Origin: Azolla caroliniana
Lineage: Eukaryota; Plantae; Polypodiophyta
Length of the DNA: 64,000 nucleotides
NCBI GenBank assembly: GCA_043228905.1
Contig: JBHGNT010000014.1
Location: 17,236,001 to 17,300,000 of the forward strand
Direction: 5' to 3'
Below the pieces are notes generated by a model. It was given only the letters and a program-made list of their open reading frames with translations, did no database searches and was not told the DNA's origin. The position numbers were made by a program, and so were the translations under genes. Within the stretch, counting starts at the first letter, position 1. Each line of letters opens with the position of its first letter. Shown piece after piece: positions 12,993 to 25,799 of the stretch.

Positions 12993-15017
12993 ATGGAGAA
13001 TCAACAAGAGGCAATGAGCATAACGATGATGATGATGTTCGAGCGGATGCTACAAGAACAACGAGTGATGTCGGAGATCACGGGGGCAGTAAAGCGGCTC
13101 GTACAACGAAACGGACAATTCAACGGAAACGATCTGTCATGCTATCTACGTGACTACAAGGCGGAGATGATACGATGTGGGATACCGGAAGGATTGCAAG
13201 TGACATCCTTCAATCGGGTGGCCACGGATGAGCTACAAGAGAGAATCCACAAGATACGGCAACAAAACTCGACATGGGGGTCATTCGAAGAAGCTTTACG
13301 AGAGGCATATGATTACAAGAGATCAAAGGGACAAGATCGGCGAAAATTCGACGAATGGGTGGCATCGGAGAAGACCCACCGAAGTGCAACACAAGCATTC
13401 CTAGAGTTCGAGAATCGTTTTGCTCGACTCTCGGAGCGGGAACAACGGTTGGTGGGGGAGGATAAAGTCCTAATGTTCGTAAAATCGATCGATCGAAAAG
13501 AAAGGATGGACATCGGGATCGAACTCGAAGACGATGACGGTACGAATGGTCTTACCGAGGATTGGGCCAAAGTCGAAAGGGTATGCCGAAGACATGATGA
13601 AAGGAAGCTGAGAATCTCGTCAACAACGACATGGCCCATGAAGGATGGTCGATTGAGGAAAAACGATGAAGCCAATATGAAGGCCGAAATACAACATGAT
13701 GGTACCACGGGAGAAAGAGTGGAACAAGACACCCACTCGTCTTGTGAAAGAACGATGGCGAAGGATAAGGCCGATAATTCAAGTGTAGAAGGAAATTTCG
13801 GGATACAAGTGCCCGAGACATCGGGTCAAAAAGGGGTAAGCATAATAGATGTTTGCATAATTGATGCAGATAAAGAGTGTGAAGCGGATGTGATTAAGGA
13901 GGTAGCCACAAAAGACGAAATCGAATCGGAGGTGGCTATGGACGAATCAATGGCGGATTGCCATATCGAGACTTCCCCACCACTGATTCCAGAGACTCCG
14001 GCGGTTGCGATCGAAAGGCAACGTGAGACCGAAGAGACGGAAGGTGGCGGAGAGAAAACGAATGTCGAAGCCGACGAATACGATGAAGAGATAGCCGAGA
14101 AGAATGCTAAGGGTGAAACTACGAAAGAAGGTAATACCGAGGATTCATGCCAACAATATCTAGAGACTTCGGCGGTTGTGTCCGAGAACCAACGTGAGAT
14201 CGGAGAGACGGGAGATGGCGGCGAGGAAGGTAAAGTCGGAAGTCGGTTCGGATGGAAAATGATCCATCCGAAATTCCAATCTAAAAGAAAGTGCGACAAT
14301 GCGGAGGTCGGGTCTACGACGGGAGAAGCGCGTAATACAGAGCACGCTCTACGGCGAATAAAGAAACGCGTGTTATGGCGAATAAAGAAGCACGCGCTAC
14401 GGCGAGAAAAGAAGCATGCATTACAACCACACGAGGACCGAACAACGAGCACATATCGGAGGACCTACGTAGCGAACAACGGAAAGAAGTGCCGAAAGTC
14501 GAACCGGACAAGGCAGGTGAAAACGAAGAAAAGAAAGCAAATCCGGACGAAAAGAAAAGAAAAGAAACCGACCCGAAAGAGCACTGAATCGGTAAAAACC
14601 GATCAACCGAGTCCGGATCGACCGAATACAAATCGGAAAGGAAGCCGAACTAAACGAAAGACGATCCGACGAGACCGAATCGGAAGTAAGCTAATCCGAC
14701 TAAACCGAAAATCCGAAAAGAAGTCGAGATTGATGAAGAAAAGAAAGAGGGCAAGAAAAGATACTCCCGCGGATGACAAGGACCAAGCGGGCCATGCAAA
14801 AAGCGAACGAAGACTATGGTGGATCGGATGTCGACAATGGTTCGGGTGGAAAGAATGGATGTGCTCCAAATGGAGAGACAAAGTCAACATAACAAGAGAA
14901 GTCGAGGGTACTACGAGCCGGCAACGAAACCAATCGGGTAGAGACTGGACGGAGGAGACTAACAAACACCAACAACTTCGGCACATACCGGAGGATGTGC
15001 GGGTTTGGAGGGGGTGA
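12993..15017 (+). CDS. Gag-like protein of element B (674 aa from the first ATG) with acidic then Lys/Arg-rich low-complexity tail; no pol domains
   Basis: GQFNGNDLSCYLRDYKAEM..WGSFEEAL..EFENRFARLS..LTEDWAKV is homologous to the Gag of elements A and C; uninterrupted ORF from PBS to PPT. Confidence 0.8.
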   Translation: MENQQEAMSITMMMMFERMLQEQRVMSEITGAVKRLVQRNGQFNGNDLSCYLRDYKAEMIRCGIPEGLQVTSFNRVATDELQERIHKIRQQNSTWGSFEEALREAYDYKRSKGQDRRKFDEWVASEKTHRSATQAFLEFENRFARLSEREQRLVGEDKVLMFVKSIDRKERMDIGIELEDDDGTNGLTEDWAKVERVCRRHDERKLRISSTTTWPMKDGRLRKNDEANMKAEIQHDGTTGERVEQDTHSSCERTMAKDKADNSSVEGNFGIQVPETSGQKGVSIIDVCIIDADKECEADVIKEVATKDEIESEVAMDESMADCHIETSPPLIPETPAVAIERQRETEETEGGGEKTNVEADEYDEEIAEKNAKGETTKEGNTEDSCQQYLETSAVVSENQREIGETGDGGEEGKVGSRFGWKMIHPKFQSKRKCDNAEVGSTTGEARNTEHALRRIKKRVLWRIKKHALRREKKHALQPHEDRTTSTYRRTYVANNGKKCRKSNRTRQVKTKKRKQIRTKRKEKKPTRKSTESVKTDQPSPDRPNTNRKGSRTKRKTIRRDRIGSKLIRLNRKSEKKSRLMKKRKRARKDTPADDKDQAGHAKSERRLWWIGCRQWFGWKEWMCSKWRDKVNITREVEGTTSRQRNQSGRDWTEETNKHQQLRHIPEDVRVWRG

Positions 15018-17017
15018 GTGTCATAGTGTATTTTGTACACTACGTGAAAAACGTATATAGTATTAGATTCAATAAAAAATGAAGAAATAGAAGAAAATAG
15101 CAAAATAAATGGAACATGCATAGGGCAAGATTCGAACCTTGCACCTCCATGTTAATAATGTAATGTCTTACCATTACACTAGCATTTCATTAGTGTTAAA
15201 GCATAGATGTCCCACATAGAAAGGTAAATTCACGCTAGGATAAACATTAAAAAAACGCATAACAAAAGAAAAAGCTACACATACACATCTAGCGTGCATG
15301 ATAAAAAACGCACAAGTTAGAAAAAAGCATGATCACTTTAGATAAAGCATATAGTCTATCTATAGGAAAAGCATGGGGTCTATAGTTAGAGAAAAAGCAT
15401 GGATTACTAAGACTTCCTCATCACTACATAAGGATGGGGAGCACAATGTAATTGTGTGTGAAAAATATTTGGAAACTGGATATGTTTCTAAAAAACACCA
15501 ATTAATAAACTATACTCGTGGGATTCACGAGGATTATATATCATTCTCTTTCAACCCAAATTTATATTCTTATATTCATATTGATTAATCTAATACAATA
15601 CACTCGTGGGATTCACGAGTTTGCTATTACTCTTTCTTACAACATATTCATATTCATAACTAGATTAGCCTCAAATTCTTCCTCCTCCTAGTCCAAAACC
15701 TCAGCGGTTCCCACCCGACTCACGCAAACGATCCGGAGCCGAAAGGCACGACAGCGTTGTCGGCCTTCGCCCTACCAGATCGTGCATTGTCGTTTCTCCG
15801 CATATTGGTGTCCTCTGTATCCGAGGAACACCCCATAGTAGCCCGCTTGGACCCCTTTCGTCTTGCACTCCTGCCACTAGTTTGGTGCCTTCTGCTTGCC
15901 GTCGTCCCCTCACCCCCACTAGCTTGTTACATTGGGCTTGACTTGCCATGCCAGTCGTTGCTACTCTGACTGAGCCACCGAGTTCTCCGAAGTGGGTGTG
16001 GAGGATCCTCCTTCGGCCCGTTGAATCGTTTCCGGCCTCCAAACCGTGCAGTCCGTTGTGCGCCCGTGCTCTCGTTCCCGGCACCGTCGTGTGCCATCTT
16101 TCGTTGTCATTGTTCAGCACCGCCTGTACCGAACACCGTCCCGTACTCGTGCTTTGGTTTGGCCCTCGATGGCCACTCGCACGCCTCTTGATCCGCTCCG
16201 AGCTTACCCCTCACCGGCTTCCTTCCGAAACCGTAACCGGCCGGTAAGGGTTCGGCCCTGTTAACTCTGGCCTTGCCGGCTCCCGGTGTCGTGAAGAAAA
16301 CCGTCCCCAGGCGCAAACCGTGTATAGTGTGTGTGAACCGGCCCTTACACGTGGGCACGTCCCTTGTCGTATAGTAGATAGGTAGGCACAAAGGTTAAAT
16401 CCTAGGTAGCAATATTCTGTAAGGGAAATCGAGGAGTATCTCTGTCCGAAAGGACAGAGAATTAATGTGATGTAAACGGGCAAGGCGGCCTCCTTCCTTG
16501 AGCTATAAAAGAGAGGGAGACGGGGAGAGAAGGTATCGCGCTCTAGAGGGGACGAAGTGCTGTCGGACTGGGACCGAGCTCTTCTCCTCTGTCGTTCTCC
16601 ATAGCTTCCTTGGCGCAGGTTCTCGAGAGGCTGATTCTGCTCCGTGGAACGCCCGTGTGCTTCCGGCAGAATCTCCAACTTGCTCTCCTGTGTGCGGGGG
16701 TGATCAGGCGTCGGCATCCGCCTCGCCGACCTGGTCGGTTGTAACCATTCGAGTCGTCTGCATACACGCAAATACATGCATATTGTTACATACATACTCT
16801 AGTGTTCTCAACTCGTGTCTCTTGTGTTGTTGTGTGAGCGCCCCCGTGCGCTTCTTTGTCTATACGTGAGTGAGTGTCTCTCTCTTCCTCTCCTTTCGCT
16901 TCCTCACCTATTCCTCGGTCCAAGACCCCAGTGGTCCCGCCTTGTTCTCCACGCACGCGCGTAGCAACGCGACATATTTGGTGAACTTGACGTGAACAGG
17001 CGGCAGAGGAGTAGAAG

Positions 17018-19061
17018 ATGAGGGGGTCGGACCTTGCAGAAGCCATGGGTTCGGCTGTGGACCGTATAGTGAGTGCTCGCGAAGGCACCGGCGCCCTTGA
17101 TAGGGCTATCGAGGCGGTTGTCGGTACGATCGGCCGGTTTAGTGGGAAGGATGCCACGAGCTACTTGGCGTCCTACCGGGCTGAGATGGTAATGAGGGAC
17201 ATTCCGGAAGAGAGGCGTCTAGACGGATTCCCTCGACTGGCGATGCCGGGTATCCATACGGAGGTGCTCGAGGTACGAACCGAGAGCCGGACCTAGGAGA
17301 CCCCCGACAAAGGAAGGAACACGTCAGTGCTCCTTCGGGAGTTTGAGGAACGCTTCGCGCGCCTCTCGATGCTTGACCGGACCGTTCTGGACACAAGCCA
17401 TGTCCTATTGTTTGTTAAGTTGGTTGACGAGCGAGATCGGGAGCAGGTAGGCCTCCTATTGGAGACTGATGACGGGCTGACGGCCGACTGGGCCGTATTG
17501 AAAAGGGTCTGTGGCCGTTTCGACAAACGGCGTGAATGGGCTGACAAAGGATCGACAGGGGCGGGCTCCGTCGCAACAAGGAAGCTCGAGCCAACACCAC
17601 CAACGCAAAGGGAAGAGACCCGAGAATGGCTCGAGACCGGGTCTGCTTCAACCGATATGGTCAATGGCTCGTCCGGGGGAGCAGCTCTGGAGGAGCTGAC
17701 GCGGATGGTAAGGGATCTCCAGATCACCCAGGCACGGAGGGATGGTGGCGAACAGGCCCGTGACCGACGACCTCTGGCTGAAAACAGGTGCATGTGGTGT
17801 GACGCGGTTGGGCACATCCGAAAGGACTGCGGGGACTTCGCCGAGGCGATGAGAAGCAACGTGGTGTACCTGTGGAACGGTCGAGTGCACGCCAGCGAAA
17901 CCCGAAGGGGCCCTGAACCTGAACGTCGGGCGAGGGGGTATGAAAAGGCTGATGGAGGAGGCGGCGGCTCGTCATGCGGAGACCGTCCACTACTCGGCGT
18001 CGGCTGGTATTCGGGTCGGAGGAGGCGAGACCCCGAAGAAGAACAAAGCCGGGTTCTGGCCGACGATGCTGGAAGGCCTCGCCGACGCATGGCTGAGGAA
18101 AAAAGAGGTGGACCGCGCCGAAAAACGGGTCCGGGAGGTAACCGGGTGGAGTGACCCGGTGGAAGAAAAGACGGGCTTCGTCGAAGCCGCTTGTCAAAAC
18201 TACGAGGCTCTGGTGGAGGACAAGCGAGTAGGGAAATCCGGAGGGGCTAGGCCCTCGCAACGATATGACACTCGATTCGGTCAAAGACGGAATGAGGCCG
18301 GTGCATCCGGCGCCCAGGATAATCCCAAGAAGGGCGGGTACTGGCTGGGCACTGAATTCGAAAGATCCACGAACCTGCGAAAGGTCCTGGAAGAACGAAT
18401 CCTTGACAGCAAGGTGGAACTGTCGCTGAGGGAAGTGCTCGGGATCGCCAAGAAGGAGTTCCACGACTCCATCGTAGACTTGGTGAAGAGGAAGAGGCTG
18501 TCGACAGAGACAGAACCGGAGAAGCCGGTGGAGGTGCGGACGACGCACATAGAGGACATGGCGTTGGAAGACGAGTTGGCGGAGAGCCACTATTCGAGGC
18601 CGCACTGGGCCAGAGCGACCACGTAGACCCCCGTGAAGATCGGAGATGTTCATGAACCGGTGGTGGCGTTGGTGGACCACGGTTCAAAAATCAATTTGAT
18701 GTCCATGGACTTCTATAAGAAGGGGAAATGGCCGATCAACACCAAGCACGGGTGGAAGATACGGGCAACGACGCGTGCCACCGAAGAACTGCATGGAGCC
18801 TGCCCGAATGTACGAGTAAAGATCGGCGATGTCGAGATTGACCAACACTTCTTTGTGCAGGAGACGTCCTCACATCCAGTTATACTAGGAGAACCGTACA
18901 TCACGACAGCACGGATGGAGACCAAGGTGCTGGACAACGGCTCGGCCTATGCAAGGGTCAAGAGCCAGGATGGGCGCCACTCGGTCCAGTTCCTGACGGT
19001 GAGACCAAACCATGAGAGGAACCGTGAGACCCTCGGAGGCGAAAGCCGGGAGGATTTTTGA
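17018..19061 (+). pseudogene. gag-protease ORF of element C (stops and frameshifts)
   Basis: GRFSGKDATSYL (gag); CMWCDAVGHIRKDC zinc knuckle; ALVDHGSKINLM..VILGEP protease. Confidence 0.88.
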
Positions 19062-22000
19062 AGAGGGCTATCAAGGCGTGGGGCCGCGATAGTCCGGACA
19101 CTCTAGGAGAACCCCACAAGTGTAAGATAGCGAAGAAACCCTGTACTATAAATAGGAAATTTTGGTTCTCCGACAAGGGAGGGTGTACGATAGTTGACGT
19201 TGTTGGACGGAAGAAGAGAAGGGCGGAGGAGTGACTTCGGGAATGTGGCGTCCTCAGCCTTGGAGAGGAAATCAACAGAGCCGTGGAGGTGGTCTCTTTC
19301 GACGATACCTTGGGGGAGTTGCGAGAGGTAGTCGGAGGGGTCCTTAAAGTGGACCGGACGATTCCGGTATGTTCGGAAAGGATGTACGAAGTCATCGCGG
19401 ACTTCAGTAGAGGGCTCAAGTCGGGTCGGACGGCCCGGGTGGACACGAGGTACAAGACTGTGGACCGGAAGGTGAGGCCAGTCGCGGCTCCCTTGCTGGA
19501 GGGCAGCGAGTTGCGAATAAAAGGGGTTGCGTCGGACCCGAGTTTACGAAGTCCGGCCCGCATAGGACACACGTTCACTGATATAACGCAACGCGAGCTC
19601 AAAATCAGTGGGGGCGGCTTCCTACTGCTGGCAGAAGAGGACCATTTTCGGGGAATGCTCGGAAGGCACGGGTAGACCCGACAGTCGTGGAACCGATGGT
19701 GATATTCACGATACCGCATGTGCCGTGGAGTCCTAAACCGATTCCAATACCCAGAGCTCACATCCCGAAGCTGATGGAGCTGTTAAAGCAGAAGGTCGAG
19801 ATGGGAATCCTCGAACTGTCGAGTGCCCCATACTCAAATCGGTGGTTTACCGTGCCGAAGAAGGACGGCACGTTGCACTTTATTCAAGACCTGCAACAGG
19901 TCAACAAGATGACCATTCGAAATGCAGGGATCGGACCAACAATAGACGAGTTTGCAGAGGCCTTCACCGGAAGGTCGATTTACTCGGTCGGTGATCTCTA
20001 CTCGGGGTACGATCAGTTCTAGCTAGCCATAGAAAGCAGAGACATCACGACAATGCGAACTCCTCTCGGCCTAGTACGGATGTGTACCCTACTGCAAGGA
20101 GGGACGAACTTGGTGGCTCACATGGTCAACGCAATGAACAAGGTGCTGAGGGATTGTATCCCGGACATCACCATGCCGTTTCTGGACGACGTCCCGATCA
20201 AGGGATGCCCGATGGAGGGAAAGGACGAGACGATTGGACCGGACGGGTGCCGGAAATTCATGGCGACGCACATCGATGACTGCGAGAAGGTGCTACAGAG
20301 GTTGGAGGGCGCGAGGCTCACCTTCTCCGGGGGAAAATCGGCCTTCGAGCAAGCAGAGATCATGGTCGTCGGAAACCTATGCGGGTCGTACGGCCGGAAA
20401 CCGTCTCCGGCTAAGGTAGAAGCCATCTCCGCGATGAAGAACGACTGTAGCTCGGTCACTGAGGTTCGGAGGTTCTTAGGAGTGTTCGCGTTCTACCACA
20501 TATGGATCCCGCATTACGCTCACGTCGCGGAGCCGTTATATGGGTTGTTGAAAAAGGGGCGAAGATTCGAGTGGAAAGACTAGCATATGGAGTCTGTCCG
20601 GAAGATGAAGGAAGCACTTGCCGCGGCTCCGGCGCTCCGAAAGGCTGTCTACGGAAAGAGCACTCCAATTTATGTAACGGTAGACACGAGTCCGACCGGG
20701 ATCGGATGGGTCGTCAACTAGGAGGACGAGGACGGCATGCGTTTCCCGATCCGGTTCGGCGCGAAGGTCCTCAGCGAGCGACAACGAGGATACGCCTAGG
20801 TTAAACGCGAGCTCTGGGGTATCGTTTCGGCGGTAAAGGTCGATAAAGACTACCTTATCGGGGCAGAGGTAATTATCGAGACGGATTGCCTGCCAATTCT
20901 TGGCATGGTTTCCGGATGCGCGACGCCAGACCTGGCAATGCTCAGGTGGATAGTGTACATCAAGTCCCTGAATCCGGAAATACGACACATATCCGGGAAT
21001 GACAATGCCATGGCCGACATGCTTTTAAGGGCGAGGTTCGAAAACGACGGCGGCATGGTTTCAGAGGACGATGAAGTCGGCGTGGACTTCTTCGAGGCGG
21101 CTTACGTGACAACCAACAGGGAATGCTCTCCGAAGCTTAACGACTTCGACGAGAGCAAGTACAACGGGGAGTGGCTACAGATTGGCGGGTTCCTGAAAAC
21201 AATGACACCGGACGCGGCATGGACAACGGACGAGGCCAACCGGATTCGGAAGAAAGCCTACCGATTCTTTCTCCAGGACGGATACATCTGGAAGCACCCG
21301 AAGAAGAGGAAAGGCATCCCGCTTCAAGTGGTGGCGAAGAAGGAGGAACAGGAGGATTTGCTGGCGGCGTACCACGATAGCCCGTGGGCTGGACACCATG
21401 GAACGTGGGCCACGTTCGAAAAGCTAAAGGGGAATTACTGGTGGCCGGGACTATACCGGGACGTGCATCGGTTCGTGACGACTTGCGAAAGCGGCCAGAT
21501 GCACTCCACGATCCGACATCGGGACGAGCTTCACCCGACCTACCCTCCGACCATCCACTTCAAGTGGATGATGGATTTGGTGACGATGCTGATGGGGGTA
21601 GGACAGATGTGGTATCTGGTGCTAGCTCGGGAAGATCTAACGAACCAGGTTGAAGGCCGAGCCCTGCCGAACAAGATGACTGCAGCCGTATGCCGGTTTT
21701 TGATTGAGGACGTAGTATGCCGATACGGGTGCGTAGGGAAGATCGTGGCTGACCGTGGCGAGTTGAACACAGAAGAAGCCGAAGAGCTGTTTGACCGGCT
21801 AGGGCCAATTGTCAAAGCGCTAGTACGGGCGTGCGGAGGCCAAGTCGGGGACTGGCCACGACTGCTACCTTATGCCTTGTGGGCGGACCGGACTACGCAC
21901 AGTTCGGTAACCGGGTTCATGCCGGCCGAGCTGATGTTCGGACAGAAGCCGATCATGCCAACAGAGCGAACGATCTCCTTGTGGGCCACGGTGGACTGGA

Positions 22001-22442
22001 GGGATGAGATGAGCCGGGAGGAACTGTTGGCGGTGCGGATTCGACAGCTCGAGCGGAGGCCGGAAGACGTAGAGCGAGCCGCAGAGAAACTTCAAGTAGA
22101 GAGGATAATAACAAAGCCCGGTTTGACCGAACACACCGGTTCTGGCCAAGGAAGATCGAGGAAGGCGACTGGGTGCTAGTCTACGACAACAGCCTCGACA
22201 ATCAGCACAGGGCCACGCGGAAGTTTGCGAGGAGGTGGTTCGGGCCTTACGTAGTAACAGGCACCAACGGCAATGGGACGTACCATCTCGCGGAGCTCGA
22301 CGGTACGAGAATGGCGATATCGGTGGCGGGGAAGAGGATCAAAGCGTTCAAGAAACGACACGACGGTGAGCCGGAGCTAGGAGGCACGAACAGCAACGAC
22401 GAGCAGCCCGAGGCAGAGGACGAACCGGTTAAGGAGGAATAA
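19052..22442 (+). pseudogene. RT-RNase H-integrase ORF of element C (stops, internal deletions)
   Basis: YSNRWFTVPKKDG..GDLYSGYDQF..PFLDDVPIKG (RT); VTVDTSPTGIG (RH); H..GH..C..(H2C2), DRGEL, WFGPY (INT); integrase core shortened near 21800. Confidence 0.92.
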
Positions 22443-23214
22443 AAGCAAGGACCGGTTTTCTCCATGCAGGAACCCAATTTTGGCGCATACCAGTGGATGC
22501 GCGGTTAGGTGGGGGCGGATGTCGTGAAGAAAACCGTCCCCAGGCGCAAACCGTGTATAGTGTGTGTGAACCGGCCCTTACACGTGGGCACGTCCCTTGT
22601 CGTATAGTAGATAGGTAGGCACAAAGGTTAAATCCTAGGTAGCAATATTCTGTAAGGGAAATCGAGGAGTATCTCTGTCCGAAAGGACAGAGAATTAATG
22701 TGATGTAAACGGGCAAGGCGGTCTCCCTCCTTGAGCTATAAAAGAGAGGGAGACGGGGAGAGAAGGTATCGCACGCTAGAGGGGATGAAGTGTTGTCGGA
22801 CTGGGACCGAGCTCTTCTCCTCTGTCGTTCTCCATAGCTTTCTTGGCGCAGGTTCTCGAGAGGCTGATTCTGCTCCGTGGAACGCCCGTGTGCTTCCGGC
22901 AGAATCTCCAACTTGCTCTCCTGTGTGCGTGGGTGATCGGGCGTCGGCATCCGCCTCGCCGACCTGGTCGGTTGTAACCGTTCGAGTCGTCTGCATACAC
23001 GCAAATACATGCATATTGTTACATACATACTCTAGTGTTCTCAACTCGTGTCTCTTGTGTTGTTGTGTGAGCGCCCCCGTGCGCTTCTTTGTCTATACGT
23101 GAGTGAGTGCCTCTCTCTTCCTCTCCTTTCGCTTCCTCACCTATTCCTCGGTCCAAGACCCCAGTGGTCCCGCCTTGTTCTCTACGCACGCACGTAGCAA
23201 CGCGACACCGGTCC

Positions 23215-24000
23215 CGCTCTTCCTGCATCGTCGGTTTTCGTTTCCTGCCGCCACCATCCTTCTCACTCGGTCTCATGTTTCCATGTCGGCTCGAACTGCC
23301 GGTGTCTCCGGATTGGTGTGAGGATCCCATAAGACCGTCCATCTTTCGCACTTCCCGCATTGCCGGTTCCTGTTTCCTATTGCCACCATCCTTCTCACTC
23401 GGTCTCACATTGCCATGTCGGTTCAAACTGCCGGTGTCTCCGGATTGGTGTGAGGACCCCATAGGACCATCCATCTTTCGCACTTCCCGCATTGCCGGTT
23501 CCCGTTTCCTACCGCCACCATCCTTCTCACTCGGTCTCACATTGCCATGTCGACTCGAACTGCCGGTGTCTCCGGATCGGTGTGAGGACCCCATAGGAAC
23601 ACCCCATCCACACTTCCCGCATGGCCAATTTCCGTTTCTTGCCGCTACCATCCTTCTCACTCGGTCTCACGTTGCCATGTCGGCTCGAACTGTCGGTGTC
23701 TCCGGATCGGTGTGAGGACCCCATAGGAACACCCCATCCACACTTCCCGCATCGCCGGTTCCTGTTTCCTGCCGCCACCATCCTTCTCACTTGGTCTCAC
23801 CTTGCCATGTCGGCTCGAACTGCTGGTGTCTCCGGATCGGTGTGAGGACCCCATAGGAACGCCCCATTTGCACTTCCCGCATCGCCGATTCCCGTTTCCT
23901 GCCGCCACCATCCTTCTCACTTGGTCTCACGTTGCCATGTTGGCTCGAACTGCCAGAGTCTCCGGATCGGTGTGAGGACCCCATAGGAACGCCCATCGCT
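23215..24000. repeat. Tandem array of six 130-132-bp units inside element A
   Basis: ccatccttctcactYggtctcaY recurs at about 23254, 23386, 23518, 23648, 23778 and 23908. Confidence 0.92.
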
Positions 24001-25799
24001 GCCTTCCACCCTCGTCCCCTCGCCGCCACCGTTAATCTCTTGGCCTTACATCAGCTCCGTTGCCGATTGTCGAAGTCTCTAGATCCAATGTGAAGGATCC
24101 TCCTTGGGCCTCTCGTCTTCCCGACACTTTCCCGGGTCATCCTGCATGTCGAGAGGGTGGCTTGCTCCACACCCTCCCTCGTGGTACCGTCATATCGTGC
24201 TCCCGGCCTCTTTGTAGGCCCGCCTCTTCCTTCCTTCCGGATCGGTTATCTGGAAGTCCGCTCCACCCGGTTCTCGTCCGGGTCCGATTGTCACTCAGCA
24301 TTGTTGGGTCCCGTTCTCCTACCGCCACCGTCAGTATCTTGGTCTTACGTCGGATCCGATGCTGATTGCCGAAGTCTCTAGCCCAGTGTGAGGTGACCCA
24401 TAGGACCGGTCTTCCTTTTCTTCTCCCCCCTTCCTTCCATCGACCTTGGTGGAAGGTCTGGTTTTGGTTTGTGGCCGCCTCATCGGTCCGATACCTCCTT
24501 GCCGCTCGGCCTTCGTCCCGTGTACTTCTCCCGAACTCGTCGTCGCTGATCCTCTTTCCTGCGCTTCCCCACCATCTCCCTTCTCTTTCGGCCTCACGTT
24601 GCCATGTTGGCTTGAACTGTTGAAGTCTCCGGTTAGGACGTGGAGACCGATTTCGTAACGATTCCCGACTACTCATCCGGGGCCACAGACCCTTTAGTGG
24701 TGTCGGTGGATAGCATCAACTCTGTGATCAACCGAGCCCCTCCTGGGCTTGATTCTCCAATGTCCGGAGTTTCGGCTCCGATGCTGATCCTGCCGAATTC
24801 GTTTTGAACCCTTGGTCACCTTCCTTTCTATTCCCGACCTTCGCCCGGTCGGTGTTTCTCCCCATGTAAAAAAGGGCGGCTCGATCTGCACCCTCTTCAG
24901 TATCGGCACCCTCATGCCGATTCTGGCCCCGGTCGAACAATCCACGACCAGATCGTGCTCCAACCGAATCGGAGTGCCGTGCGGTTCGGTCCCCGGTCGG
25001 GTTGTTTCTTGGTCTCTTCTTCGACCTATTCGCGGGCCATTTCCCATCCATCTTCGCTAGCATCGTGCTAGGACTCCTCGATACCGTCACCCATCTCCTC
25101 GGTCTCACATGGGCGTAAGGGCCTGAATGCCGAGTTCTCCGGAATCGGTCCCGAGGGCTCTTGTCTGTTCCTTCCCCGTATCGTCGCGACGGTGATTCTC
25201 GGTCTCTCGCCACCACCTTCCTCCTCTTGGGACTCACATGGGCACTCGGGCCCGATTGCCATCGTCTCGGGAGCAAGTGTGGGAAGACGTGTAGAATCGC
25301 CCGTCCTATTTACGCCCTTGTTCGTAGCCATTGCCTCCTCGTGATCGGTGGTTGTCTCCTTACCGATCGTGCAAGCCCTGCCTGGGCTTGCTTCTCCAAT
25401 GTCCGGAGTTTCGGGCTGACATGCCCAAAACCCCCGGTCCCGACATTCCGATTCTGCGATCGGTATCTCGGCTTTGTCCTTGGTCGTTCTATCCCCGCAA
25501 GCCGAAAGGGCGTTTTGTCTCGCACCCTCTCCCGTGGTACTATCGTACCGATCTTCTGCCTTCTCGTGGACCAGGTCCGTCTCCTCGGTGTCGGTTTGGG
25601 GCCTCGATCTTTCCTTTTCCTTGAGCATTGCCTCGAGAGCTGTGTACGCCTCCGCAATCCTGGCCCTGAAGCCGAGCCTTGCCGACTCTCTTTGCTGTTC
25701 GACCTCTTCCCGTTGTGATGGCGCGCCGTCGCGCGCCTTCCTCCTAGCCTTCTCAGCCCGCTTGTCATCTAGCCGTTGCCATACCCTTCTGACTTTCGA

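Larger units (their letters stand above)
12220..15753 (+). mobile_element. Element B: young Gag-only (TR-GAG-like) LTR retrotransposon
   Basis: 735-bp LTRs 12220-12954 and 15019-15753, nearly identical; TSD gcgt; PBS 12959-12976; PPT-like ggagggggtgag before the 3' LTR; a single ORF. Confidence 0.95.
16287..23207 (+). mobile_element. Element C: full-length but defective Ylt1-like Ty3/gypsy retrotransposon
   Basis: 688-bp LTRs 16287-16974 and 22520-23207; TSD ccgg; tRNA-Trp PBS; PPT aggtgggggcgga; gag-PR-RT-RH-INT order. Confidence 0.95.

Noticed and set aside
16211-16869. ORFs duplicated at 22429-23102 (and 12574-12789 / 15373-15588) as paralogous genes
   Set aside because: They are incidental ORFs within paired LTRs.
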